From: Prochlorococcus sp. AG-363-P01
GTDB lineage: Bacteria > Cyanobacteriota > Cyanobacteriia > PCC-6307 > Cyanobiaceae
Length of the DNA: 64,000 bases
NCBI GenBank assembly: GCA_003278225.1
Contig: QCGC01000003.1
Span: 30,877-94,876 of the forward strand
Direction: 5' to 3'
Below the pieces are notes generated by a model. That model saw only the letters and a program-made list of their open reading frames with translations. It ran no database searches and was not told the DNA's origin. The position numbers and the translations under genes are program-made. Of the stretch, positions 17,391 to 26,858 are shown in pieces. Positions within the stretch are counted from its first letter, which is position 1. Every line of letters starts with the position of its first letter.

Positions 17391-17622
17391 AAGAGTTAGA
17401 TCCCTATTGAGGTGATTTTCTCACCATTCTTATTACCTAGATCTGGTTCACTTGCCTTTAAAAGGTAATAAAAAATCATGGTTCTTTGGAGACTTAAAAT
17501 GGAATTTTTTATGGGGTTCATATCAACCAATAAGTTTGAAATTACATAATATCAATAATTAGATAAACATCCTGATTAGTTTAGATTTTCTTTGCTTTAA
17601 GAATAAAAGCTCATAGATTTAG

Positions 17623-17677
17623 CTTACATTAAAGCCCTAGTCTTGGAGTCATTCCAAGACTAGGGCTTTAATGTAAG
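17623..17677. repeat. Perfect 25-bp inverted repeat (hairpin/terminator after the hli array)
   Basis: cttacattaaagccctagtcttgga-gtcat-tccaagactagggctttaatgtaag. Confidence 0.9.
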
Positions 17678-17687
17678 TAGAAAATAA

Positions 17688-17795
17688 TTAAAAAACTCCT
17701 GGAATAATTTGTCCAGTAAATATGTAGGTAAGAAGAGCAATGTCAAAACCGATCATTGCTAGCCTGCCATTTTGGAGTTCAGCATTTTCGTTCAT
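17688..17795 (-). CDS. hli: High-light inducible protein, 35 aa
   Basis: MNENAELQNGRLAMIGFDIALLTYIFTGQIIPGVF. Confidence 0.9.
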   Translation of the reverse strand: MNENAELQNGRLAMIGFDIALLTYIFTGQIIPGVF

Positions 17796-17822
17796 AGCCT
17801 TTGTAGGAGAAGTAATAGTTTT

Positions 17823-17969
17823 CTAGAGAATTCCCGGAATAATCGAACCTGTTAATGCGTAGTTATGAATAAGGGCAAAGAAACCTATCATTGCTAAACG
17901 ACAATTACTTTGCTCCGCTTCTTTCGCATAATTAGGGAATAATTTCGAGAGAATTTGGAAGATCTGCAT
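17823..17969 (-). CDS. hli: High-light inducible protein, 48 aa
   Basis: ..YAKEAEQSNCRLAMIGFFALIHNYALTGSIIPGIL. Confidence 0.85.
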   Translation of the reverse strand: MQIFQILSKLFPNYAKEAEQSNCRLAMIGFFALIHNYALTGSIIPGIL

Positions 17970-17981
17970 GCAAGCTATTTG

Positions 17982-18185
17982 TTAAAAAACACCAGGTATA
18001 AATTGACCTGTTGTGGCATAGGAGCCAATTGCAGCAATAAAACCAATCATTGCCCACCTTGCATTGGCAAGCTCAGCTTCTTTTGAATAGCTTGTGTAAT
18101 TGGGATCTATATATGTACGCGGTTCAGTTGCATACATATTTTGACGCCCACCATCTTCTGTGATGACTGAGGAGGAAGTTGTCAT
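17982..18185 (-). CDS. hli: High-light inducible protein
   Basis: GGRQNMYATEP..AELANARWAMIG..TGQFIPGVF. Confidence 0.92.
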   Translation of the reverse strand: MTTSSSVITEDGGRQNMYATEPRTYIDPNYTSYSKEAELANARWAMIGFIAAIGSYATTGQFIPGVF

Positions 18186-18196
18186 TCTTTAATTCC

Positions 18197-18340
18197 TTAA
18201 ACCAAGCCAGGAACAATCTGACCTGTAGTTAGATAAGCACCAACTGCAGCCCAGAAACCCATCATTGCGGCCCATCCGTTGATGCGCTCGGCGAAAACCC
18301 TTGAAGTTTCAACTTTGCTTGTATCAAAACGATTGTTCAT
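18197..18340 (-). CDS. hli: High-light inducible protein, 47 aa
   Basis: ..AERINGWAAMMGFWAAVGAYLTTGQIVPGLV. Confidence 0.92.
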   Translation of the reverse strand: MNNRFDTSKVETSRVFAERINGWAAMMGFWAAVGAYLTTGQIVPGLV

Positions 18341-18393
18341 TGACTAATGCCTAAATTAGGAGGTGAATCGGAACGAGAGGTAAACCCGTCACG

Positions 18394-18417
18394 TGTAAAG
18401 AAGTGTAACGCATATTA
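18394..18417 (-). promoter_or_regulatory. HLR1 (RpaB) site just downstream of the -10 box of the hli array
   Basis: - strand TAATAT (18417-18412), then GTTACA-cttc-TTTACA (18409-18394). Confidence 0.75.
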
Positions 18418-18827
18418 TTGCGAAGTGTGAAGAGGGTGGCGAAAGAGGATTGTTGCCTTTACTTTCTTATAGCTGTATGCCTGTAATGCCAGTTAATTAA
18501 AGCTATTAATTATAATACTAAATTTTGAATTATATGCATTTGCGAATTCCGATCTGCGAAATATTTGGATAAATGATAATATCGATATTGCCTTAATAGC
18601 ATTATTTTGATAGATAAACTCCTTTAATTCTGATATATGATACATTCTTTCATGCACTTTTCTTTGTAGGTAGGAAAATTAAAATCTTTAATTTTAAAGG
18701 CAATTAGTGTTTGGTCATTACATATAGATTGGCTCGACAGAAGAAAGTTAACAAAATATATATTAATTAAATCAGGACAATGTAGTATAAAAAATACTTC
18801 TAAACATCGGTAATTAAAATTGTGCTT

Positions 18828-19061
18828 TTAGGCTGTTTTTGGCAGCTCTGTTCTGTGACCACTGGCTGGGAAAATAGGAGATTTTTTCTTTTTAATGCCT
18901 TCAACAACCATTAATAAAGCCTCTAATTGGCTGTAAAGAGCTCTAATTTCTCCTGCTTCTGGAAGAAGATTTTCATCCTTTAGCATTAAAGCCATTTCTC
19001 TTAGCTCTATCCGAAGAAATCTAAGGTGACTTTCTGCTTCTTTTCTTCTGGATCGACTCAA
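18828..19061 (-). CDS. Hypothetical protein
   Basis: 77-aa helical ORF; AAGGAG RBS upstream. Confidence 0.7.
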   Translation of the reverse strand: MSRSRRKEAESHLRFLRIELREMALMLKDENLLPEAGEIRALYSQLEALLMVVEGIKKKKSPIFPASGHRTELPKTA

Positions 19062-19186
19062 AATGTGTCTCCTTCCTGTGATTAAATAAGTTATAACTTA
19101 TTAATTACATCAAGCAATAGCTTACCTGTTACTTTTGAATTTGACCTTTCTGCACCTTAAATAGACGAGAGGTGAATGAATAAACA

Positions 19187-19459
19187 TTACTTTTTCAAAT
19201 CAGAACTTTTTATGGAGATGTTCTTGCCTTCAGTAGTTTTGAAAACTTTTTCGACTATTGAACCTTCTTTTATTGTGATAGATACAATTGAGGAACCCTT
19301 TGGGACTTTATTCCATTGGCTAATCTCTTCACCCATTTGATCAGGCTTGTCATCAATCGAATCGGGATCGTTTGAGTCTTGATGTTCAAGATCGCACTCT
19401 TTCAAGGGCACTTCTTGATGGTCTATAAAGCAGTGAAGATCTTCCCCTTTGGCTTCCAT
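19187..19459 (-). CDS. Hypothetical protein
   Basis: 90-aa ORF, ATG start. Confidence 0.6.
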   Translation of the reverse strand: MEAKGEDLHCFIDHQEVPLKECDLEHQDSNDPDSIDDKPDQMGEEISQWNKVPKGSSIVSITIKEGSIVEKVFKTTEGKNISIKSSDLKK

Positions 19460-19770
19460 AAATCATTCTTTCGCTATTTCTAGTATATCTTGAACTGATC
19501 AACGTTAGAATAGATTAATTTCAGGCTTTTTAGTTGGCGGATAAAGTGGTAAATAAGCACATAAATTCTTTATGTCATCTTTATACTATAACTGATTATT
19601 TATTAAGGATAAGAAATTAAATAAGGTTTCATGCTTAATATTAAGGCTATGATTGATCTTATGGATTAATCATAGCTTGAGGAAAGTTAAATTATTCTTA
19701 TGCTACCTGGGTATAAATCTTGGCATGGTAATTCAGAATTGTTATAGTAATCTTTTCAAGATTAATTCTA

Positions 19771-20070
19771 ATGCTTCTAGTCAAAATTACTAACAGTACA
19801 GAAGTAGTTGCTTCTAAGGCTGGTAAAATTTTTGCAAAAATGACTCCAGAAAAGACAGATATTAATATTGTCGAGGCTGCAGTCATAAAGCAGATGGGCG
19901 AAGATCTTGCTGCAGAAGGATTAATTGGACAAATTTCTATTGTTAAAGGACTAGATATACAAGATGATACAGTTATCACAAGGAAAGGATTTTTAGTTAA
20001 GGAGACTCGAGCCTTTGGTAAAGGTGTAACACAATCTCGAACCAAGACTGAGGTCTTTAAGCCTAGATAA
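19771..20070 (+). CDS. Hypothetical protein
   Basis: 99-aa ORF, MLLVKITNSTEVVASK..L..EGL pattern. Confidence 0.7.
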   Translation: MLLVKITNSTEVVASKAGKIFAKMTPEKTDINIVEAAVIKQMGEDLAAEGLIGQISIVKGLDIQDDTVITRKGFLVKETRAFGKGVTQSRTKTEVFKPR

Positions 20071-20190
20071 ATCTAGAATCATCATTTCTAAACAATAGAA
20101 TCAAATGAAGACCTTATGGGCTAAGAATAAGTCGATAATTTGCTTGAGCTTATTTCTAATTTTATTTGGAAATCTATTGGCAATTAGAAG

Positions 20191-20934
20191 TTAATCGTAT
20201 GTTTTGAGTAAATATTTTAAACCTGGAACCGGATCAATAATATCTCTACTTTGGTCCAGGCTATTTGCAGCTTCTTCCGTACTGCCTTCCATTTTCATTA
20301 GCTTGCCTAGAAGGCCGCTGAACTCTGCATTACCTCCAGTGGTGCTAGCAAGAATAGTTAGTGGATTTAAACGTTGAATAATTTTAGGCAAAACAGTTTT
20401 GCCTTTTAAAAATGCTCCAGCTAGCGGTAATTTGACATCTACTACTGGGGTGATGGCGGCATCAATTTTCCGGGAGCTGATTTGATCGTCAAAAAATCCA
20501 TGAGGTTCAAGGTATAGAGAACCAACCGGATGAGTAAGAATATAGCCGTTTTCAAAATTAGGAACAGGAGCACCTTTTGTTGTTTCAATGGTTAGCTGTT
20601 TTATTTGTGTTGTTGTACCTGGCTTTAGCTCTTGAACTTTTTTAAATCCAAGGTTCCGTACGACTTTTGCTGCAGATGAAGATCCACAGACATGAATAGA
20701 TCGAGGCAACTTGCTCAGTGTTTCCGGATGTGCATGATCTGCCAGCCCCTGTGTCAGAAGTAGAAGGTCAATTTGTTCAGGTATTTTGATTTCTTGAGCG
20801 AGTTTTCCTTCGATGAGCCAACGGCCTGGGGGGAAGGCAAGAGTACCTGTGAGCCATGGATCGATTAATATTCGCAGCTTTTCAAATTCGATCAACCAGC
20901 CGCTAGATCCGAAGTAGGTTGCTGAGAAGGACAT
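20191..20934 (-). CDS. MBL-fold metallo-hydrolase
   Basis: ILIDPWL, LLTQGLADHAH, ENGY, LYLEPHG. Confidence 0.88.
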   Translation of the reverse strand: MSFSATYFGSSGWLIEFEKLRILIDPWLTGTLAFPPGRWLIEGKLAQEIKIPEQIDLLLLTQGLADHAHPETLSKLPRSIHVCGSSSAAKVVRNLGFKKVQELKPGTTTQIKQLTIETTKGAPVPNFENGYILTHPVGSLYLEPHGFFDDQISSRKIDAAITPVVDVKLPLAGAFLKGKTVLPKIIQRLNPLTILASTTGGNAEFSGLLGKLMKMEGSTEEAANSLDQSRDIIDPVPGLKYLLKTYD

Positions 20935-21093
20935 TAATTAACTATGAACTATTGGTCTATTTAGTTAATATAAAAAACTAAAAACTAGAATTTTTCTATT
21001 AGTTACAATGGTTAATTTGTTGATTCTTTAGTTAGGCTTTGCTTAAAGGAAGCTTTTAGTGGTGAAATAGATTAGTAAGAAATTATTTTTAAT

Positions 21094-21306
21094 TTAAAAT
21101 AAGCCTAGAGCTTTTGCTACTAAAAAAAGTAAAAGAAAATTAGCCAATACTAAAAGTAAAAAAATTCTGAGTGGATTTTTCATCCCCTTGGGGGCTGATA
21201 ATTGAACACCAAAAAGTTGACCCACTTTTTGCTTCTCAGCCTCAGTCTTATTTGTATTAACCTCTATTTGCTTTTGAGGGGGCAATGGTGAGTCTGAATC
21301 TTCCAT
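21094..21306 (-). CDS. Hypothetical protein with C-terminal TM helix
   Basis: GVQLSAPKGMKNP followed by hydrophobic tail; ATG at 21306. Confidence 0.65.
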   Translation of the reverse strand: MEDSDSPLPPQKQIEVNTNKTEAEKQKVGQLFGVQLSAPKGMKNPLRIFLLLVLANFLLLFLVAKALGLF

Positions 21307-21394
21307 TTTTTTTGTTTGTTTAGATTTCAACTTAACAAGCAATCTTTTTTTTGTTGACTTTTATTTGAAAATCATAATTATACTTAATTCTAAC

Positions 21395-21745
21395 TCAGAA
21401 TCCAGCCACCATTCCTACTATGAAAAGTAGAATAATTAATGCTCCCATTCCTATAAATCTTCTGTTAGTGGATTCGTTGTCTTGTTGATAACGAAGAATA
21501 CCCTCGCCTAAGGTCAATGGGGCATCTTTATTTTTCCACCAGATCCAATCTCTAATTGGAGGCGTCTTTAAAAAATCATCTTTAGTTAGCTCAAGCCCCA
21601 TTTTAGATGAATTGTTTAGCAAGATAGCCAACATTGCCTCCCCATCTTTGCTATTGGATAATGCATCATTGGCTTCTTGGTCACCATCAAGTGCATCTAC
21701 CAGTAACTTGACTTTTTCATTGACAGATAAGTTTTTCGGATCCAT
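21395..21745 (-). CDS. Nif11-like domain protein with C-terminal TM helix, paralog of 15347-15682
   Basis: ..GLELTKDDFLKTPPIRDWIWWKNK.. then hydrophobic tail. Confidence 0.7.
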   Translation of the reverse strand: MDPKNLSVNEKVKLLVDALDGDQEANDALSNSKDGEAMLAILLNNSSKMGLELTKDDFLKTPPIRDWIWWKNKDAPLTLGEGILRYQQDNESTNRRFIGMGALIILLFIVGMVAGF

Positions 21746-22183
21746 AGCAATTATTTCATCAACTTTAAAATAGTCATTTGAGATGGCCCTTCGGAAAAAT
21801 TAGTAAAAATTATCAAAAAGAATTCTTATGCATATAAGATTTCCTCTTTTGCACGACGGCATTCTTTTAAAACCTCATTAAAAGTTTTAGTTTTAATTAA
21901 AGAAGAAATTATAATAAAGTTAAAAAATGTATTGCTCTGTTTAAAACTCATGAAACCTTTGCAAGTGATTTTTAATGAAATAATGCTTTCAATTTAATCA
22001 ATAAACTGCTTGATTTTGTTGGATAGATTCTGAATAATGCTCTCGGCCTGATCTTTGTTGGAATGGGCTTTTTATTTGATGATTGCTCTTTAAAGATGTA
22101 ATGCCTTATTAAGGTCTTAAGTCATTTGTCGCGTTTCTGTCAATTTATACCTATAACATTAGCCAGTTCAATATTTCTAGAAG

Positions 22184-22495
22184 ATGCTTAGGAAAGAAGA
22201 AAAGAAGTCCTTAACTCGATTGGCATTGCTTTCTGTTGGTTGGGGCGTTGGTCTTGATAGGTTTTATGATGGTAAGACTCGTGATGGCTTTTTGTCCTTA
22301 ATTGGATGGTCACTTGTTTTTGGCAGTCTCATGTGGCTTTCACCTTGTGAATATTCAGCTGAAGCGAAAACCATGGTTGATTCTGGTCCAGACCCACTTA
22401 TTATTGCGCCTCTTGCCTTTGGATTATACGGAGTCATTCTAGTTGTTAGAAAGGGTTTCCGCCTTCTCAGACAGTTTGAAACGGCTGAGGATTAA
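22184..22495 (+). CDS. TM2-domain-like membrane protein
   Basis: GWGVGLDRFYDGK..G..L motif. Confidence 0.7.
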   Translation: MLRKEEKKSLTRLALLSVGWGVGLDRFYDGKTRDGFLSLIGWSLVFGSLMWLSPCEYSAEAKTMVDSGPDPLIIAPLAFGLYGVILVVRKGFRLLRQFETAED

Positions 22496-22845
22496 TGCTA
22501 TTTAAAGCAAGGTTGGGATCAGCTATACCCAACCTTCCTGGCTTTAAGAAAACTGATTTAAAGAATTTATAATTAATCTATTGCTTATTTAAATTTTTAG
22601 AGAAAAATCTTTTGTTTTTAGGCTTTTATACTAGTTGCTTAGACTTGTTTTTTAGCAGTCTGATTCAATTGAAATATAGTTGAATCGATTTAGATATATA
22701 TGAAATTTTGCTAGACTCACCATAACCTAGAAGAAATAACATTATCTAGCTAAACAAAAGATTATTTCTTCTCTGTAATTTTTTTATCTAGTTTCAATTT
22801 TCTCTTGAAGCCGCAAGAATAAAGTAACCCTATTGCTATTTCACA

Positions 22846-23367
22846 ATGCCTACTTTTGCTTCATTGCTTCTATATCTTCTTGGCGGCACTGCATTAGGAC
22901 TGTTGATGCTTATTACTGGTATTCCTGCAGCACCATTGGCGGGTGCAATCCTAGGCGCAGGTTTGTTAAGTATTAGCGGGTTTTTAGAAATTGCTGAATG
23001 GCCACCAGGAACTAAAACAGCTCTTGGAATAGGAGTTGGCACTGTAATTGGTACAGGAATTAATAGAGAGACCTTGGGACAATTACAGACTCTTTGGAAG
23101 CCTGCCCTTTTAATTACGATTACTCTTGTTGTTACAGGAATATTGATTGGTTTTTTGGCTAGTAAGTTGCTTGGAGTAGATCCGGTTGTGGCTTTTTTAG
23201 GTGCTGCACCAGGAGGTACTATTGGTATGAGCTTAGTTGGGGCTGAGTTTGGAGTGGGGGCAGCAGTTGCAGCCTTGCATGCAGTTAGATTGATGACAGT
23301 GCTTTTGTTGATCCCCTCAATAGTTCGGGTTTTAGCTCCAGCAACAGGAATTGATATAAATGAATAA
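22846..23367 (+). CDS. AbrB-family membrane protein
   Basis: IPAAPLAGA, GTVIG, APGG..GM, AALHAVR. Confidence 0.85.
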   Translation: MPTFASLLLYLLGGTALGLLMLITGIPAAPLAGAILGAGLLSISGFLEIAEWPPGTKTALGIGVGTVIGTGINRETLGQLQTLWKPALLITITLVVTGILIGFLASKLLGVDPVVAFLGAAPGGTIGMSLVGAEFGVGAAVAALHAVRLMTVLLLIPSIVRVLAPATGIDINE

Positions 23368-23630
23368 GCAATAATTCAGATAAATTGTGATTTCTATATT
23401 AAATAGTGAGTGCTTAATTGATTGCAAATATTTGAAACTCACATTACATTTTTTGTCTAGACAAACAAGTAACTATTCGATAGTGATCTTATTAACAGCT
23501 GTAAACAAAGGTGGTTCTAAGGCTGGAGAATGATGTAAAAAGAATATTTATTAATATCATATTATCTTCATTGATTTAAACTGAAAAAGCATAAAAGAGA
23601 TATTAAAAGAGCAACGAAGGAAATATATTG

Positions 23631-24131
23631 TTAAATTAGCTTTCTCAATGAATAAAACATTGAACCTGTTTTCTCGTAAATATGTGTTTTCTTTCCTTTG
23701 TTATTTATGCAATATGGATTAGTGAAGATCGCGAATAATATTCTTAAAAATCTGATTGGATTCTTCTTGGTGGTTGACTTGTCTGAAGCTTTCATCAATT
23801 GCTCTATTATTTCTTCTGTGAATATTTCTTTGGTAAGAAAATTTTCAATTATCTTTTTTTGTTCATTCTCTTGAAGCATATTAATCAGAAGCTTTAACCC
23901 TTTTAATGAAGATAAATCTCCTTTCTTAATCTCTCGAACAATGCTTTGATAGAGCATTTCCCATTTATAGGGTTCTTGTTTGAAAAGACCTGCAGCAGGA
24001 AATTGATTGCTGGCTTTGTTAAGTCTTTTCTCTTCATCAATTTTATTTTGTGAAGACTTCCAGTACTCAAAAAGAGGGGAGGATTCTCCTATAGCTATTG
24101 ATATATTGTTGGGTTTTTTGGATGATTCCAT
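23631..24131 (-). CDS. Hypothetical protein
   Basis: 166-aa ORF, EPYKWEMLYQSI motif. Confidence 0.7.
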   Translation of the reverse strand: MESSKKPNNISIAIGESSPLFEYWKSSQNKIDEEKRLNKASNQFPAAGLFKQEPYKWEMLYQSIVREIKKGDLSSLKGLKLLINMLQENEQKKIIENFLTKEIFTEEIIEQLMKASDKSTTKKNPIRFLRILFAIFTNPYCINNKGKKTHIYEKTGSMFYSLRKLI

Positions 24132-24258
24132 TGATTAGATCCCAGCCTAGAATTTATGGTTCCTACTATTCTTGATTGTATTCTATTGAGGCATATTAAC
24201 TTGACTTGCCTTTTAGAAAAACTTGATCATTTTTTTAAAGTTATTTCTCTTATTGAAG

Positions 24259-24411
24259 TTAACAGTAGCTATTTATTTCTTTAATCAACCAATTAGGCCT
24301 GTCTTTTCTTTTTTTCTTCCAAGCCAGTAGAAGTAAAGCCTCGATAGCTTCCCTCTTCCTTTTTACATCACAAGATTTAGGTGATGCGATGATTTTTGGC
24401 TTTAATTTCAT
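24259..24411 (-). CDS. Small basic hypothetical protein, 50 aa
   Basis: ATG at 24411 preceded by GGGAG; 3' part of the 144-aa track ORF. Confidence 0.5.
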   Translation of the reverse strand: MKLKPKIIASPKSCDVKRKREAIEALLLLAWKKKRKDRPNWLIKEINSYC

Positions 24412-24464
24412 TGCACTCCCGCTGTAACGCTTTGTTGAGAACTCTGTGTTTACCTCTTTATTCC

Positions 24465-24608
24465 TTAAGCTCTTGCGCTTTTTTTCAGCGCTAGTTTTGT
24501 TTCCAGGAAAAGTTCCTTTAAACCGACAATTGCTAGCAGCCCAATGGTCCCACCTATTACAGCTGGGATGAAAGCATCTATAGAAGTGAGGATTTCTTGG
24601 AGTGTCAT
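24465..24608 (-). CDS. Small single-TM protein, 47 aa (not in ORF track)
   Basis: AAGGAGG RBS; MTLQEILTSIDAFIPAVIGGTIGLLAIVGLKELFLETKLALKKSARA. Confidence 0.65.
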   Translation of the reverse strand: MTLQEILTSIDAFIPAVIGGTIGLLAIVGLKELFLETKLALKKSARA

Positions 24609-24826
24609 TTCTTTCCTCCTTGGTTATTAAGGGCGTATTTATCGAGTAAATATGACTTTTAAGCCCCTCAGAGCTTAATTGTCTTACCCTCATGGCTTAA
24701 CTCAGGTCTAGACCTTCCATGAATAAATGTCTATGGTAAAAATCACTTAATGTTTTAATTTCTTGGGTTTATGCAAGATCACTAGATGATCTAATTGGAC
24801 AACTAATTCTTATAGCTTGGATTGAA

Positions 24827-25135
24827 TTAATTCAAATCTGACGCTTGCTTTGCATGGATAGCCATTTTTAGATGTGCTTCCAAAGCTCCTAAGGCCATTA
24901 GTGACTGAGAAGTTCGTTTCTCTAGAACGTAATCATGCTTATTGTTCAGTTTTTTAAGGAGCTCTTGGCTCAGATTTTGCCATTCATTGATCAACTCTTC
25001 AAATTCCTTTTGTTCTTCTGAGAAAACACTGGATTTCTCTTGCACATTTATTGGTTGCTTGCGGGCTTTTGATAGCAAGGAGTTCAGTGTCTTATGACTT
25101 ATAGATTCGGGGGGGTTGGAACTGTAATCGATCAA
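24827..25135 (-). CDS. Hypothetical protein
   Basis: 102-aa helical ORF, SLMALGALEAHL motif. Confidence 0.7.
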   Translation of the reverse strand: MIDYSSNPPESISHKTLNSLLSKARKQPINVQEKSSVFSEEQKEFEELINEWQNLSQELLKKLNNKHDYVLEKRTSQSLMALGALEAHLKMAIHAKQASDLN

Positions 25136-25285
25136 GAATTAACTCTCAACGCTCCATTTAATTATCTATTGATTTTTACTTTGAGTCACTAAGGGGATAG
25201 GAGTAATCACCGACCCAAAATCATCAGAAACCTTTAAGGACGAGTAATTATTATTATTTTTTCTCTAAAATAAAATAGAGAATAA

Positions 25286-26707
25286 TTAATTTATATCAAA
25301 TTGAGATTTAGAAGATGATAAATTATTGATAATCTTTCGAAAATGTTCTCCACGCTCTTCATAATCTTGATATTGATCAAAACTTGCACAGGCTGGAGAT
25401 AAAATAAGGCTTTTTGCCTTTCTTGTTAGTCCAATTTCAATAGCTACATTTACAGCCTGGTTAAGATTTTCACAATATTGAATGACCCCTTTGAAGTTTG
25501 TGGAGATGACCAATTCTTTTAAATAATCCCCGCTTTCGCCAAATAGCACAATCCCGCAGGCCTTTTTATTAATTTGATGAAGCCACCTATTTGCATTTCC
25601 TTCTTTGGCTTGCCCTCCAGCAATAATTACTGTGGTTGCTGGGACTGAACTTATACCCATTGAGGCTGATTCATAGTTAGTTGCTTTGCTGTCATTAAAA
25701 ATCTTTATCCCATGCAGATTTCCAAGTTTTTCTAATCGATGTGGAACCCCCTTAAAAGACTTCAGACTTTGATGTATAGAAGTTCCTGAAAGACCTATAT
25801 GGCGAGCTGCTGCAGTTACCATCAATAGATTTTGTTTGTTGTGATTACCAGGTATTTCAAGTACTGAGGAATCAAAGAGTTCTTTCCCTTTCTCGATAAT
25901 CATGCCTGTCTCACTTATCCAAAAGTCAACTTGCTTATTAGAAGAATCACCTTTTTTGGTGCTAACCCATATACCTTGTTTGCTCTTAGCACGATGTTGT
26001 TTGAGAAATTCGTCATCGCCGTTATAGATACATGTCTCAGAGTTTTCCAGAAGTCTTCGTTTGATATGGCTATAAGTCTCAAGAGTTTTATGACGCTCAA
26101 GATGGTCAGGTGTGAGATTTGTCCAAATTCCAATAGTTGGGGAGATTTCAGGTGCTGTTTCGAGTTGATAACTACTTAATTCCATGATTAACCAGTCTGG
26201 CTGCTTAGTCTTTTCGCGATATTCCAGGGCTATTTCCGCCGCTGAAATTCCCACATTTCCACCCATAGGTGCATTTAGCTTATTTAACTCAAGAACATGT
26301 CTAAGCATGTGGGTTACAGTCGTTTTCCCATTTGTCCCCGTTATCCCTACCCAAGGGAAATGTTTAAGTCTCTCCCATGCAATGTTGATCTCTCCTTTGA
26401 CTTCTACACCGAGCATTCTGAGCTCATCAAGGGTTTTGTGGTCCCATGGAATTGCCGGACTAATTACTACAGATTTAATTTGATCGAGCCAAGGTTGGAA
26501 ACTTAGAAGCTCTAAAGGTTTGCCAGTTTCTACTTGGATCCCTTCTCTTTTGAGTGCTTCTTGTTCGGACTTTAAACGAGGATTTTTTGAGCTTTCTAGG
26601 ATTATTACTTCTTGTCCTTCAGAATTAAGAAGTCTGGCAGCACCAATACCCGATCGTCCTAGTCCAATTACAACTATTTTTGATTTCAAGGATTTCTTTG
26701 ACTGCAA
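25286..26707 (-). CDS. murD: UDP-N-acetylmuramoyl-L-alanine--D-glutamate ligase
   Basis: GLGRSG, GITGTNGKTT, ELSSYQL, DSKATN, SPACASFDQY. Confidence 0.97.
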   Translation of the reverse strand: MQSKKSLKSKIVVIGLGRSGIGAARLLNSEGQEVIILESSKNPRLKSEQEALKREGIQVETGKPLELLSFQPWLDQIKSVVISPAIPWDHKTLDELRMLGVEVKGEINIAWERLKHFPWVGITGTNGKTTVTHMLRHVLELNKLNAPMGGNVGISAAEIALEYREKTKQPDWLIMELSSYQLETAPEISPTIGIWTNLTPDHLERHKTLETYSHIKRRLLENSETCIYNGDDEFLKQHRAKSKQGIWVSTKKGDSSNKQVDFWISETGMIIEKGKELFDSSVLEIPGNHNKQNLLMVTAAARHIGLSGTSIHQSLKSFKGVPHRLEKLGNLHGIKIFNDSKATNYESASMGISSVPATTVIIAGGQAKEGNANRWLHQINKKACGIVLFGESGDYLKELVISTNFKGVIQYCENLNQAVNVAIEIGLTRKAKSLILSPACASFDQYQDYEERGEHFRKIINNLSSSKSQFDIN

Positions 26708-26713
26708 GGGAAA

Positions 26714-26785
26714 TGGGCGATACTGGAATCGAACCAGTGACTCCTACCGTGTCAAGGTAGTGCTCTACCTCTGAGCTAATCGCCC
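26714..26785 (-). tRNA. tRNA-Val(GAC)
   Basis: GGGCGATTAGCTCAGAGGTAGAGC..TTGACAC..GGTTCGATTCCAGTATCGCCCA. Confidence 0.96.
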
Positions 26786-26858
26786 TTTAAATTCACCTGC
26801 AATTTTAGGACCTGTTAATGATCAAAAATCAAAGTAGCAGCTTACCTCCAGATCTTAA

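Noticed and set aside
19698-20045. 115-aa - strand ORF
   Set aside because: Overlaps the more protein-like + strand ORF 19771-20070
24259-24693. 144-aa ORF as one gene
   Set aside because: Better explained by two small ORFs with their own RBSs
26520-26774. + strand ORF over the murD start and tRNA-Val
   Set aside because: Antisense to tRNA and murD; spurious
1-26785. Accessory region as a tRNA-integrated mobile element or prophage
   Set aside because: No integrase, transposase, phage structural gene or tRNA-end duplication seen, and murD separates the region from tRNA-Val
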